Positions 39,872 to 48,122 of a stretch of DNA of 62,458 nucleotides are shown here, one piece after another. The notes beneath the pieces are model-generated. The model had not been told where the DNA came from and ran no database searches. It was given only the letters and a program-made list of their open reading frames with translations. This DNA comes from a virus (taxonomy: Duplodnaviria > Caudoviricetes), in the IMG/VR virus record IMGVR_UViG_3300045741_000405, positions 1 through 62,458 of that record. One strand, written 5' to 3'. Within the stretch, counting starts at the first letter, position 1, and the number at the start of each line of letters is the position of its first letter. The translations under genes were made by a program, and so were the position numbers.

Positions 39872-40599
39872 AGGCAGAAATCATTCAGTTGGGCATGGCA
39901 GGGCAGCATAACGATAATCTTGCTGAGTCTACTCGGCAGGTTATCGAAGGTGGTTCCTGGAAAAAGCAAAGAACGATCATGCTAATTCCAGCAGCCGCGA
40001 CTATTCCAACGAAAGTATACCTATCACATTGTTCGTTGATCTTCCCACCAAATCAAGCGGCACATCGTATGGCAGCTCTTGGTATGGAAGTAGGAGATGC
40101 GTTTTCACAATCTATCGAGCAAATACTTGCACACCCAGATCTTTCTCAATGGGAGTACCTTCTTACGGTGGAACACGACAATATGCCGCCATGTGATGGA
40201 CTCGTAAAACTCATCATTCAGATGGAGAGACATCCTGAATTCTCTGTCATTGGCGGACTCTATTGGACAAAAGGACCCGGTGGTTGCCCGCAGATTTGGG
40301 GGGATCCAGCCGATCCAGTATTGAATTTTAGGCCACAGCCACCGGTAGCTGGAAAGTTGGTTGAATGTTGCGGAACTGGAATGGGATTTACTCTTTGGCG
40401 TCTTTCCATGTTCAAAGACAAAAACCTTCGGAAGCCGTGGTTCAAAACGGTGGCTGGAACTGAAGGAGTTGGAACTCAAGATCTTTACTTTTGGGGAGAT
40501 GCTCGAAAGTACGGGTATCGGTGTGCAATCGATTGTAGCGTCCTTGTAGGGCATTATGACCATACCGGCCAATTTGGTCCGGCTGAGACTGTTTGGTGA
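39868..40599 (+). CDS. GT-A-like glycosyltransferase
   Basis: YLLTVEHDN (DxD-like), GMGFTL, TQDLYFW...GY...DCSVLVGH. Confidence 0.7.
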   Translation: MKAEIIQLGMAGQHNDNLAESTRQVIEGGSWKKQRTIMLIPAAATIPTKVYLSHCSLIFPPNQAAHRMAALGMEVGDAFSQSIEQILAHPDLSQWEYLLTVEHDNMPPCDGLVKLIIQMERHPEFSVIGGLYWTKGPGGCPQIWGDPADPVLNFRPQPPVAGKLVECCGTGMGFTLWRLSMFKDKNLRKPWFKTVAGTEGVGTQDLYFWGDARKYGYRCAIDCSVLVGHYDHTGQFGPAETVW

Positions 40600-40626
40600 T
40601 TATTCCTAGGAATAATTGAGGGAGCA

Positions 40627-41163
40627 ATGGAATTACTTAAGATCGATTTGGGGTGTGGGAAGAACAAGAAGGAAGGGTTTCTTGGGGTAGATTCTATTTC
40701 ATTTCCAGGAGTTGATATCGTTGCTGATCTACGCCAACCATGGCCGTGGAAAGATAATGAAGTGGACGAAGCCCATTGTTCGCATTTTCTTGAACATCTT
40801 ACAGCAGATGAAAGAATCCATTTTGTTAATGAACTTGATCGAGTACTAAAACCAGGTGGCAAATGTACGCTTATTTGCCCCCATTGGAAATCTTGTCGGG
40901 CTTATGGTGATCCAACCCATGTTTGGCCACCTGTATCTGAATTTTGGTTTTACTACCTATCCAAGGAATGGCGTAAAGCAAATGCACCACATACCGATTC
41001 AGAAATAAGAACACCCGGTTTCAAATGCGATTTGGAATGCACCTGGGGTTACGGATTAGACCCCTCGCTTCTTGTCCGAAACGTGGAATATCAGCAACAT
41101 GCGATGAAGTTTTATACTGAAGCGACACCCGATATCATTGGAACTCTGAAAAAGAAGGTATAA
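40627..41163 (+). CDS. Class I SAM-dependent methyltransferase
   Basis: KIDLGCG, SHFLEHL, RVLKPGG, DPTH. Confidence 0.88.
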   Translation: MELLKIDLGCGKNKKEGFLGVDSISFPGVDIVADLRQPWPWKDNEVDEAHCSHFLEHLTADERIHFVNELDRVLKPGGKCTLICPHWKSCRAYGDPTHVWPPVSEFWFYYLSKEWRKANAPHTDSEIRTPGFKCDLECTWGYGLDPSLLVRNVEYQQHAMKFYTEATPDIIGTLKKKV

Positions 41164-41321
41164 AGGACCGTCATGGTTGCCCTATAAACGTACTTGAAGG
41201 CTTTATAAGATCCCAAGGTCGTCAAGACCGTCACTGCGTTTATAGGGCATTTTAGACACCTTTAAGACCTATCTCGGAAAATAAGGACTTACGTTATTCT
41301 TAGGAATAAAGAGGTAATCGA

Positions 41322-42452
41322 ATGAGCCAGGTCTGGAATATTGCAATCCCGTCAAATGAACTTCTTTCGACTTCTCGCACAACGATCAACGATGCATTTC
41401 AGACATTGCAAACGCATTGGATTGGTTCATCGAATCCATCCACGCTTGTAGATGGCATGATATGGGTGAACACTACGAATGGGAAGCTCAAGGCGAGGGC
41501 GGGTGGAGTTACCTATGACATTGGGAATTGGGCGCAGGCGTATTTAGGATTGCTTCCGATTGACGGATCGATTGCCATGACTGCCAATCTCAATATGGGC
41601 AGCCACAAGATTACCGGGGTTACTGCCGGGTCTACTGGGACAACTGAAGCAGCGAATGCCCAGCAGATTGATTCAAGGTTATCGAGGGCTGGGGATACTT
41701 TGGATGCTTCAGCGGCTTTGCACTATAGCTCAGGTAGTCCACCCACGCTTGATGCCTATGCCCTTACGAACAAGGAATACTGTGACCTCAAGGTTTTGAA
41801 ATCTGGGGACACGGGTATCTCTGGAAGATTGGCATACTCAGTTTCTCCTGCGTTTACTGCTGATTGGACAAGAGGGTCAGGTGAGATCCCGAATATTCTA
41901 CGTAGAGATGAGATTGAGAATCTGACCTCATTCAATACTTCAGTTGGGCATAGTCATGATGGAAATAATTCCAGGAAGATAGAAGTTACTTCTCTTCTTG
42001 GGAACGGTCAGAATCCGTATGATCAATTAATTGCTTTGGGCGGTAGTCCTCCAGCCGGTGTAGCATGGGAAGCTACACATGGACCGCATGTACTGAATGA
42101 CACTCCTGGTACCACGCTGTTTACTAGGACTACGGATGTTACGAGTTACACAGACGTAGATGCTTCTGCAGCAGTTCCGGCTGAAGTTCGCGCCAGAAAA
42201 CAGGTGCTAATAATATATTTGTCTATCGCAGGTCTGATAGGGGTTTCAACCATATTCCACCAATTTAGTGTTAGATCCGCTGGAGGATCGGGTGGAACAG
42301 ATTATGATTGTTCCTTTACGTTTAACGGGATTGGACACATGTTTCTGGTTCCTCTATCTGCCTCAAGGCATTTTGAGTACAAATTAATTGGTCCTTCCGC
42401 CTCTGGAGGTACGGTAACTGCCAAGCCGCTTGGCTATCTTTCCAATCCATAA
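41322..42452 (+). CDS. Tail fibre-like structural protein
   Basis: DGSIAMTANLNMGSHKITGV, GHSHDG motifs. Confidence 0.65.
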   Translation: MSQVWNIAIPSNELLSTSRTTINDAFQTLQTHWIGSSNPSTLVDGMIWVNTTNGKLKARAGGVTYDIGNWAQAYLGLLPIDGSIAMTANLNMGSHKITGVTAGSTGTTEAANAQQIDSRLSRAGDTLDASAALHYSSGSPPTLDAYALTNKEYCDLKVLKSGDTGISGRLAYSVSPAFTADWTRGSGEIPNILRRDEIENLTSFNTSVGHSHDGNNSRKIEVTSLLGNGQNPYDQLIALGGSPPAGVAWEATHGPHVLNDTPGTTLFTRTTDVTSYTDVDASAAVPAEVRARKQVLIIYLSIAGLIGVSTIFHQFSVRSAGGSGGTDYDCSFTFNGIGHMFLVPLSASRHFEYKLIGPSASGGTVTAKPLGYLSNP

Positions 42453-42471
42453 TTATTCCTAGGAATAAATC

Positions 42472-42666
42472 ATGAACAGCTATCTCGCTCAGATTTGTGG
42501 TAACTATTTTCAGCTTCTATCCATTTCTCAGAAGTTATTCCAAGTCCCACAGAAGGTAACCAAAGAGGATTTGGAATTACTTTTCAAGATCACAACGGAT
42601 CAGGCTGATTTCATCAAAGCGGGAGTACTTGCTTTTGATGATTTGAAGAAGGCTACCATAACCTGA
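42472..42666 (+). CDS. Hypothetical protein flanked on both sides by the palindrome
   Basis: Perfect copies at 42453 and 42667. Confidence 0.55.
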   Translation: MNSYLAQICGNYFQLLSISQKLFQVPQKVTKEDLELLFKITTDQADFIKAGVLAFDDLKKATIT

Positions 42667-42691
42667 TTATTCCTAGGAATAATTGGTTCTA

Positions 42692-42800
42692 CCCCCTTCT
42701 CCCCCCAACACCCCTCTCTTCCCCCTTAACCCCTAGCTCTCCCCTTAACCCCTCTAGTTCATCTTTCTAGTTCATCTTTCTAGTTCATCTTTCTAGTTCT
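42692..42800. repeat. C-run tract followed by CTAGTTCATCTTT x3.5
   Basis: CCCCTTAACCCC twice; 13-bp tandem starting at 42754, 42767, 42780. Confidence 0.85.
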
Positions 42801-42989
42801 TTCCTGCTTCGGAAGAACGAGTGGAACAAGTCCCCCCTTACCCCCCATCTATTTTGATAGGGTTTATAAGGAGGACTTAGGCCACTCCACTTCGGAGGGA
42901 AGGTGCAACAAGTCCCGAGAAGAAGCACCAAGATGTAGATCATACCATCCTTAGTTGTGGTGTCAATACCAGTACTTTTATTTTTACTC

Positions 42990-43017
42990 TTGCCATTATT
43001 CCTAAGAATGGTAGACT
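42990..43017 (+). promoter_or_regulatory. Putative promoter with a palindrome variant as its spacer
   Basis: TTGCCA-[TTATTCCTAAGAATGG]-TAGACT. Confidence 0.5.
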
Positions 43018-43032
43018 CCAGAATTAGATGAG

Positions 43033-43302
43033 GTGCAATACATGAGTAAAGAAATTATAGATCTCGATATGCTTGTGGAGGAGGATACTCCACCCCTTAC
43101 CCACATGATCCAGTCTTGGAGGGATTTGAAACCACATGACAAGGTTAGGATCACCATCACTGGCGATGTGGTTTCAGTCTTAGGAATATTCCGTCCATTC
43201 CCAACCCTTCAGATCCGATGCAAGGAAACCGGAACTAAATTGTTCCATCCTGATTCAGAAGGATGCACGGTGGAGTTCCTCCATCGTCCAGAACGGATGT
43301 GA
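43033..43302 (+). CDS. Hypothetical protein
   Basis: GAGGTG SD (start probably 43042). Confidence 0.6.
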   Translation: MQYMSKEIIDLDMLVEEDTPPLTHMIQSWRDLKPHDKVRITITGDVVSVLGIFRPFPTLQIRCKETGTKLFHPDSEGCTVEFLHRPERM

Positions 43303-43318
43303 TTATTCTTAGGAATAA

Positions 43319-43549
43319 TTGGAGGTGCAGATGATTACCGTGACGATGGGTAAGGTCATTATCTCAATCAATGGGAACTCCACAGAAGTCACTGTGGAAG
43401 AGGCCAGGGATCTTTTGAAGCAACTCAAAGAGCATTTTGAGATTCACAAGCCTAATCCATTCATCCCCTACCGAGAGAAAGATCACCCACTCCCATCCAT
43501 AGCTCCCTATACTGGACCTGAGATAACACCGTATTTCAAGCACAGTTAA
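43319..43549 (+). CDS. Hypothetical protein
   Basis: GGAGGTG SD (start probably 43331). Confidence 0.6.
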   Translation: MEVQMITVTMGKVIISINGNSTEVTVEEARDLLKQLKEHFEIHKPNPFIPYREKDHPLPSIAPYTGPEITPYFKHS

Positions 43550-43635
43550 AATTTTTTAAAATTTTAGTTGTAAAGGTTTTTATTTGTGATAGAGTACAGC
43601 AATAGAAATGAGGTGCTTCATGGAGCAGACAGGAG

Positions 43636-43977
43636 GTGTTCATGAAAAAGGAAATTCTGAACTTGGACGAGGAGGACGCGAAGATTCCAACTGATGCAGA
43701 GGGATCGGAAGCGATTCGAAGAATTGGTGAACTGCTTTATGCCGCACGGATGGCTAAGAAGCTCCGTCTGAAAGATGTTTCTAAGGATCTGGAAATCCCT
43801 TCTTCGGCCCTTTCCAACCTCGAAAGCGGCGTAGCGGCTCCGACATTTACCGTTGTTCGACGTATCGGGGATTACCTCGGAGTAGACCAAAAGGTGATCC
43901 AGGATTTATACATCGCATTTAAGGTCTATCGTGTACGGAAGAAATACGAGATTCTTGGGAATCTTAAGAAGGAGTAG
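43636..43977 (+). CDS. XRE-family HTH regulator
   Basis: RMAKKLRLKDVSKDLEIPSSALSNLESGVAAPT. Confidence 0.85.
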   Translation: MFMKKEILNLDEEDAKIPTDAEGSEAIRRIGELLYAARMAKKLRLKDVSKDLEIPSSALSNLESGVAAPTFTVVRRIGDYLGVDQKVIQDLYIAFKVYRVRKKYEILGNLKKE

Positions 43978-43980
43978 TAT

Positions 43981-44862
43981 ATGTCAGATGATCTCGGGAT
44001 CGATGAGGCTCTTGCGGATTTGAAAGTTGGGGATGATACTTCGACCAAGGTTATGGATATCCCGCTGAAAAGTCTTCAGCTCGAAAACCTTGATCGCAAT
44101 AAGACGGAGTTCAGCGGCGAGAAGCAGCAAGAATTGATTGATTCAATCCAGGCCCAAGGATTGATCTCACCAATTGTGGTTCATGAGCTTGAGGAGAAGC
44201 CGGGAACCTATCGGGTCATTGCCGGCAAGCGGCGCGTGATGGCCTATAAGAAACTCAAGCGTGAAGCCATTCCAGCCATCATTCGAAATGTCTCCGGTGA
44301 GTTCGATTTCCAGTCTCAGGTGATTCTGGATAACGTGGTCCGAACCCAGCCGGATGTGGGCAAGTATGTTCCCATCATTAAGGAATGGCTTGAGACCGGC
44401 GTTTGCAAGTCTCAGGAGGAAGCAGCGAAGAAACTCGGGCTATCTCAGTCTTGGGTTTCCAAAATGCTTCGCTATGAAGAATTGCCGGATGAAGTGAAGG
44501 CAGGTATCAAGCCGGCAAATCTTCCTTCTTCCGACGAAATCGAGGGGGCTTCACCTGAAGAAATCGTTAAAAAGGTTTCCGATAAAATCTATACCAAGCT
44601 GCCTTCGGAATATCTTAAGCCTTCTGAGGGTGATGCCGTCCCACTCAAAGTCCATGTCTCGAAGAAAGCGATTAGACTTCAGGTGGAGATTGCTTTCTCT
44701 GAACTCAAAGACAAGTCTATTTCCCAGCAGATTGCCGCTCATCTTGAACGGATTGGGGAAAAGGAATTGTTCTCGAATATCAAGAAATTCAAGAACATGG
44801 AGTTCTCTAATAAGGTGAACGGCAAAGACACTGAATCTACCGATAAGGCTAATGGGGACTAA
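43981..44862 (+). CDS. parB: ParB/Spo0J-like protein (CTPase-type N-domain + HTH)
   Basis: ELIDSIQAQGLISPIVV, IAGKRRVMA (GxRR), SQEEAAKKLGLSQSWVSKML. Confidence 0.88.
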   Translation: MSDDLGIDEALADLKVGDDTSTKVMDIPLKSLQLENLDRNKTEFSGEKQQELIDSIQAQGLISPIVVHELEEKPGTYRVIAGKRRVMAYKKLKREAIPAIIRNVSGEFDFQSQVILDNVVRTQPDVGKYVPIIKEWLETGVCKSQEEAAKKLGLSQSWVSKMLRYEELPDEVKAGIKPANLPSSDEIEGASPEEIVKKVSDKIYTKLPSEYLKPSEGDAVPLKVHVSKKAIRLQVEIAFSELKDKSISQQIAAHLERIGEKELFSNIKKFKNMEFSNKVNGKDTESTDKANGD

Positions 44863-45259
44863 TTCGATCGATTGGGGTCTTTTGTATAAGAGGTTGGGGG
44901 AATTCCAAGAGAAGCTCGTTATTCCTGGGAATACCCCAGCCTCTTTTCAGCGTTCACTTGATTCCGCATACTACGTTCAGCAGCAGGTTACAATTGCGCA
45001 TAACCTTCTTTTACAAAAACGGGCCGATGTCGAAAGTAATCTCCTCGGTCTTAGAACTGAGGCTAAACTTCATTCGAGCGGGTTTAACATTGAAAACGGA
45101 ATCCATACTAAAATCTCTGAAGCAGCAGCATTTATTGTCCAATGTGAGGCACTCATACTTTGCATGAACAAAGTCCTTGCTGCCTGTAAGGATCTCCGTA
45201 ATGACGTTTCAAAAAGGGTAAAGCTCATGGAACTTGAGCGAGTATTCGAAAAGGATTAA
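44852..45259 (+). CDS. Helical hypothetical protein
   Basis: Overlaps the parB stop; coiled-coil character. Confidence 0.6.
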   Translation: MGTNSIDWGLLYKRLGEFQEKLVIPGNTPASFQRSLDSAYYVQQQVTIAHNLLLQKRADVESNLLGLRTEAKLHSSGFNIENGIHTKISEAAAFIVQCEALILCMNKVLAACKDLRNDVSKRVKLMELERVFEKD

Positions 45260-45261
45260 CA

Positions 45262-46026
45262 ATGGCAGAATTCGATTGGAACTCCGAAGAATTTCAGAGG
45301 CAGACTACCAAAGAGATTGGTTGGTATAAGTGTTTGGCAGGTTTTAAGGATATTATTCGAATCATTTCTAAACCTCATGCGATCATGCGGCACAATTGGG
45401 GAACGAATAATAGCTTTCAAACTTCCCTTTGTTCCAAGGAGAAGTATGGATCTTGTCCAGTTTGCTCTATGCTCGCAAAGGATCCCAATCACAAATACCA
45501 AAAGGTATATTCGGCAGCAGTTCTTCATATCCTCCGAAAACCGAATGCCGGTAAAGCTGAAGTGATCGGGAAACTCCTCGCCTGGAGATTTGGAGATGAC
45601 AAGAAGAACGCTATCCTCGAACAGCATTCCATTCTGGCGATGACCGGTAAAACGATTTTCGATGCTGACCTTCAGATCGCCGTAGATCCCTCACACAAAG
45701 AGGGTGAGAAGATGCAGAAGCTCCTTATCAATCGATTGGATGAGAATGTCCTTCCCAAGTTCCAGGCAAGTAAGGAACACAAAGCGCATTTTGCGGAACA
45801 AATGTCCGAAGAGAACTTGAAGAAGATTCTTGCCAAATTCTATCCTTCGCCAGATCAGCTTAAAGCGTCGGTGAAGGATTTGGTAGATGACGCGGCAGCT
45901 TCATTTGATCCAGCCGATATGGACTCCCTTGTTGAGGAATCCAAACCAACGAAAAAAGTAAAATCAGCGCCGGTTATCGAAGAAGAGACTGAAGATGACG
46001 ATTCGCTCGCAGATCTCCTGAAGTGA
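45262..46026 (+). CDS. Putative ssDNA-binding protein (gp32-like)
   Basis: H...C...CPVC Zn site, acidic C-terminal tail, near RecA. Confidence 0.6.
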   Translation: MAEFDWNSEEFQRQTTKEIGWYKCLAGFKDIIRIISKPHAIMRHNWGTNNSFQTSLCSKEKYGSCPVCSMLAKDPNHKYQKVYSAAVLHILRKPNAGKAEVIGKLLAWRFGDDKKNAILEQHSILAMTGKTIFDADLQIAVDPSHKEGEKMQKLLINRLDENVLPKFQASKEHKAHFAEQMSEENLKKILAKFYPSPDQLKASVKDLVDDAAASFDPADMDSLVEESKPTKKVKSAPVIEEETEDDDSLADLLK

Positions 46027-46042
46027 TTATTCCTAGGAATAA

Positions 46043-46567
46043 ATGCCCCCAAACAAAACTTGGAAATCCACCGAGTACCAAATTGCAGCCTTACTTGGTG
46101 GAAAACGTACACCTCTATCGGGCTCCAATTCTGGCCACCATACGTCTTCAGACGTTTTAGGTCTCCCAGATCGATTCTACATTGAGATCAAGCGCAGGAA
46201 GGCGTATACGACGTTTTTCACCCCTTATATCGAGCATTTGAAGCGTGGCAGGCATTTCGTTATTCCTGGGACTAACCTAATCTTCTTCTGGCTTTCCCCT
46301 AAAGGAGAGTTTGAGAAGAACCCGTCCTCCTATTTATCTCCGTCGAATCCGAATCGAACCCGTGCTATTAAATCTTTATTTGAGGCAACGCAGAAGTTGG
46401 GGTTACACGAAGGAAGATCAATTCCAATTTTGATTTTCCGAGGTCATTCCATGAAGGGGTTTTTTGTTTTACTCAAGAGGATAGACTTGAAGGAATTTAC
46501 GGAGCTTTTGAATGAAGCCGGGCTTCGACGTGAACAGCTCGCATTGGAGAAGCAATCTTCTTCGTGA
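46043..46567 (+). CDS. PD-(D/E)xK nuclease, Holliday junction resolvase-like
   Basis: WKSTEYQIA, SDV...FYIEIKRR. Confidence 0.65.
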   Translation: MPPNKTWKSTEYQIAALLGGKRTPLSGSNSGHHTSSDVLGLPDRFYIEIKRRKAYTTFFTPYIEHLKRGRHFVIPGTNLIFFWLSPKGEFEKNPSSYLSPSNPNRTRAIKSLFEATQKLGLHEGRSIPILIFRGHSMKGFFVLLKRIDLKEFTELLNEAGLRREQLALEKQSSS

Positions 46568-47312
46568 TTCCTCTTATTGTCGGCTGAAGATTTACGCCCT
46601 TTTATTTTTCCGAGTTAAGCGGGCACATACTGAGATTGCCACACGTTCCCCAGTTCGAAAGCGTTTCTTCGTAGAAGTTTCAAGTAGTAGTATCCACCTA
46701 CCATTCTTTAAAAGAATCTTTCATCTCCTCGATAACCGAATTGTCTGTCATTTTACCTATGGGGCAAAGGGAGTTCCCTATAGGGAGTATACAGCGGTTA
46801 GGGTGGATCTATTTGTCAAAGATTCGAATCGAAAGCAGACGTTCATCGATAAGACAATTTCAATCCCAGCATTTGTTTACAAGCCACTTTTACTTTTATC
46901 TGCCACTGAGGAGCAGCGGATCGTTGGGATTGGGGCTGGGATAACTAAGGCAAGCGATTACCTATATTCGTTAGTTGTTTTTAAGTTCAAGGAATTACCG
47001 GGTCTTTATGCCCTCATGTTTAAATCCACTTGGGATTTTTACTATCGATTATTCCGCCATGAAACGCCGCTCATTGTTCTTGGAAAGAGGACTATTCTTA
47101 GGAATATAAAATGCCATCCAGATCAAAAGGAGAAAGCTTTTCAGAAGCTATTGCTTTCTGCCGCAAACGAGGTCAGTTCCAATCGCACAGTACTTCCATA
47201 CCTAGGGTGCCTACTCAAATCATTGGGATTGATTGGCTCCTTGGAGGGGGGGTACCTAAAGGACGGATTACCGAGATTTCCGGAGAAGAGAATTCTGGCA
47301 AAACTACTTTAG
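46512..47312 (+). CDS. Uncertain 266-aa ORF overlapping recA
   Basis: Only long ORF spanning 46568-47110; no recognisable motif. Confidence 0.35.
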   Translation: MKPGFDVNSSHWRSNLLRDSSYCRLKIYALLFFRVKRAHTEIATRSPVRKRFFVEVSSSSIHLPFFKRIFHLLDNRIVCHFTYGAKGVPYREYTAVRVDLFVKDSNRKQTFIDKTISIPAFVYKPLLLLSATEEQRIVGIGAGITKASDYLYSLVVFKFKELPGLYALMFKSTWDFYYRLFRHETPLIVLGKRTILRNIKCHPDQKEKAFQKLLLSAANEVSSNRTVLPYLGCLLKSLGLIGSLEGGYLKDGLPRFPEKRILAKLL

Positions 47313-48103
47313 CTGCCGAGATAACGAAAGCATTCCAGCATGAAGAAGAGCGAGTTCTCTATCTCGACTATGAGCATTCAGTTGATTTGGGATTCTTCAA
47401 GAAGATTGGTGTGGAGATTTCCAACGAGGCATATTTCTTATACGAGCAACCATTTTCCCTTGATGAGGGTGTGGAGACAATTCTCAAGCTTGTTAGAACA
47501 GGCGAAATTGGTCTTCTTATAATTGATTCTATAGCGGCGATGGTTCCGAAGCAGGAACTTGAAGGGGAGTTCACGGATCAAACTATTGCGCTACAGGCTC
47601 GGCTGATTAGCCGATTTTGTCGTGATCTTATTGGCCCACTTGGAAGCACGAATACCGCTGCGATATTCATTAATCAGACACGTTCGAAAATAGGTGGGTT
47701 TTCTCCGCAGCCTAATCCGCAGATTACCTGTGGTGGGAATGCCATCAAGTTTTATTCGTCCATTCGATTCACGACCAAACGAATCGAAGCTCCCAAACTT
47801 GGTGGAATTCGATGTCGTGCAACGCTCAAAAAGCAGAAGACTTGTTTCTCAACTCCTATTTCAGTTGAGTACGAGATTACCAAAACTGGAATTGATCATT
47901 ATGGGGCATTGTGTAGAGCCGGTCTTGATACTGGAGTAGTGGTCCAAAAGGGTGGGAAGATTCTTCATGGCGAAACACAGGTTGCTGGCAGTTCCGCTGA
48001 GTTCATAGCGAAGATTGAAGCGGACCAAAAGCTCAGAGCTAAAATCAGTGCTGAAGTGCTTTCTATCTGGAATAAGACGGATCTTTCCATTGTGGAAGAG
48101 TAA
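47111..48103 (+). CDS. recA: RecA-family recombinase
   Basis: GGVPKGRITEISGEENSGKTT, IIDSIAAMVP, QARLIS, FINQTR, GGNAIKFYSS. Confidence 0.95.
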   Translation: MPSRSKGESFSEAIAFCRKRGQFQSHSTSIPRVPTQIIGIDWLLGGGVPKGRITEISGEENSGKTTLAAEITKAFQHEEERVLYLDYEHSVDLGFFKKIGVEISNEAYFLYEQPFSLDEGVETILKLVRTGEIGLLIIDSIAAMVPKQELEGEFTDQTIALQARLISRFCRDLIGPLGSTNTAAIFINQTRSKIGGFSPQPNPQITCGGNAIKFYSSIRFTTKRIEAPKLGGIRCRATLKKQKTCFSTPISVEYEITKTGIDHYGALCRAGLDTGVVVQKGGKILHGETQVAGSSAEFIAKIEADQKLRAKISAEVLSIWNKTDLSIVEE

Positions 48104-48122
48104 TTATTCCTAGGAATAATCC

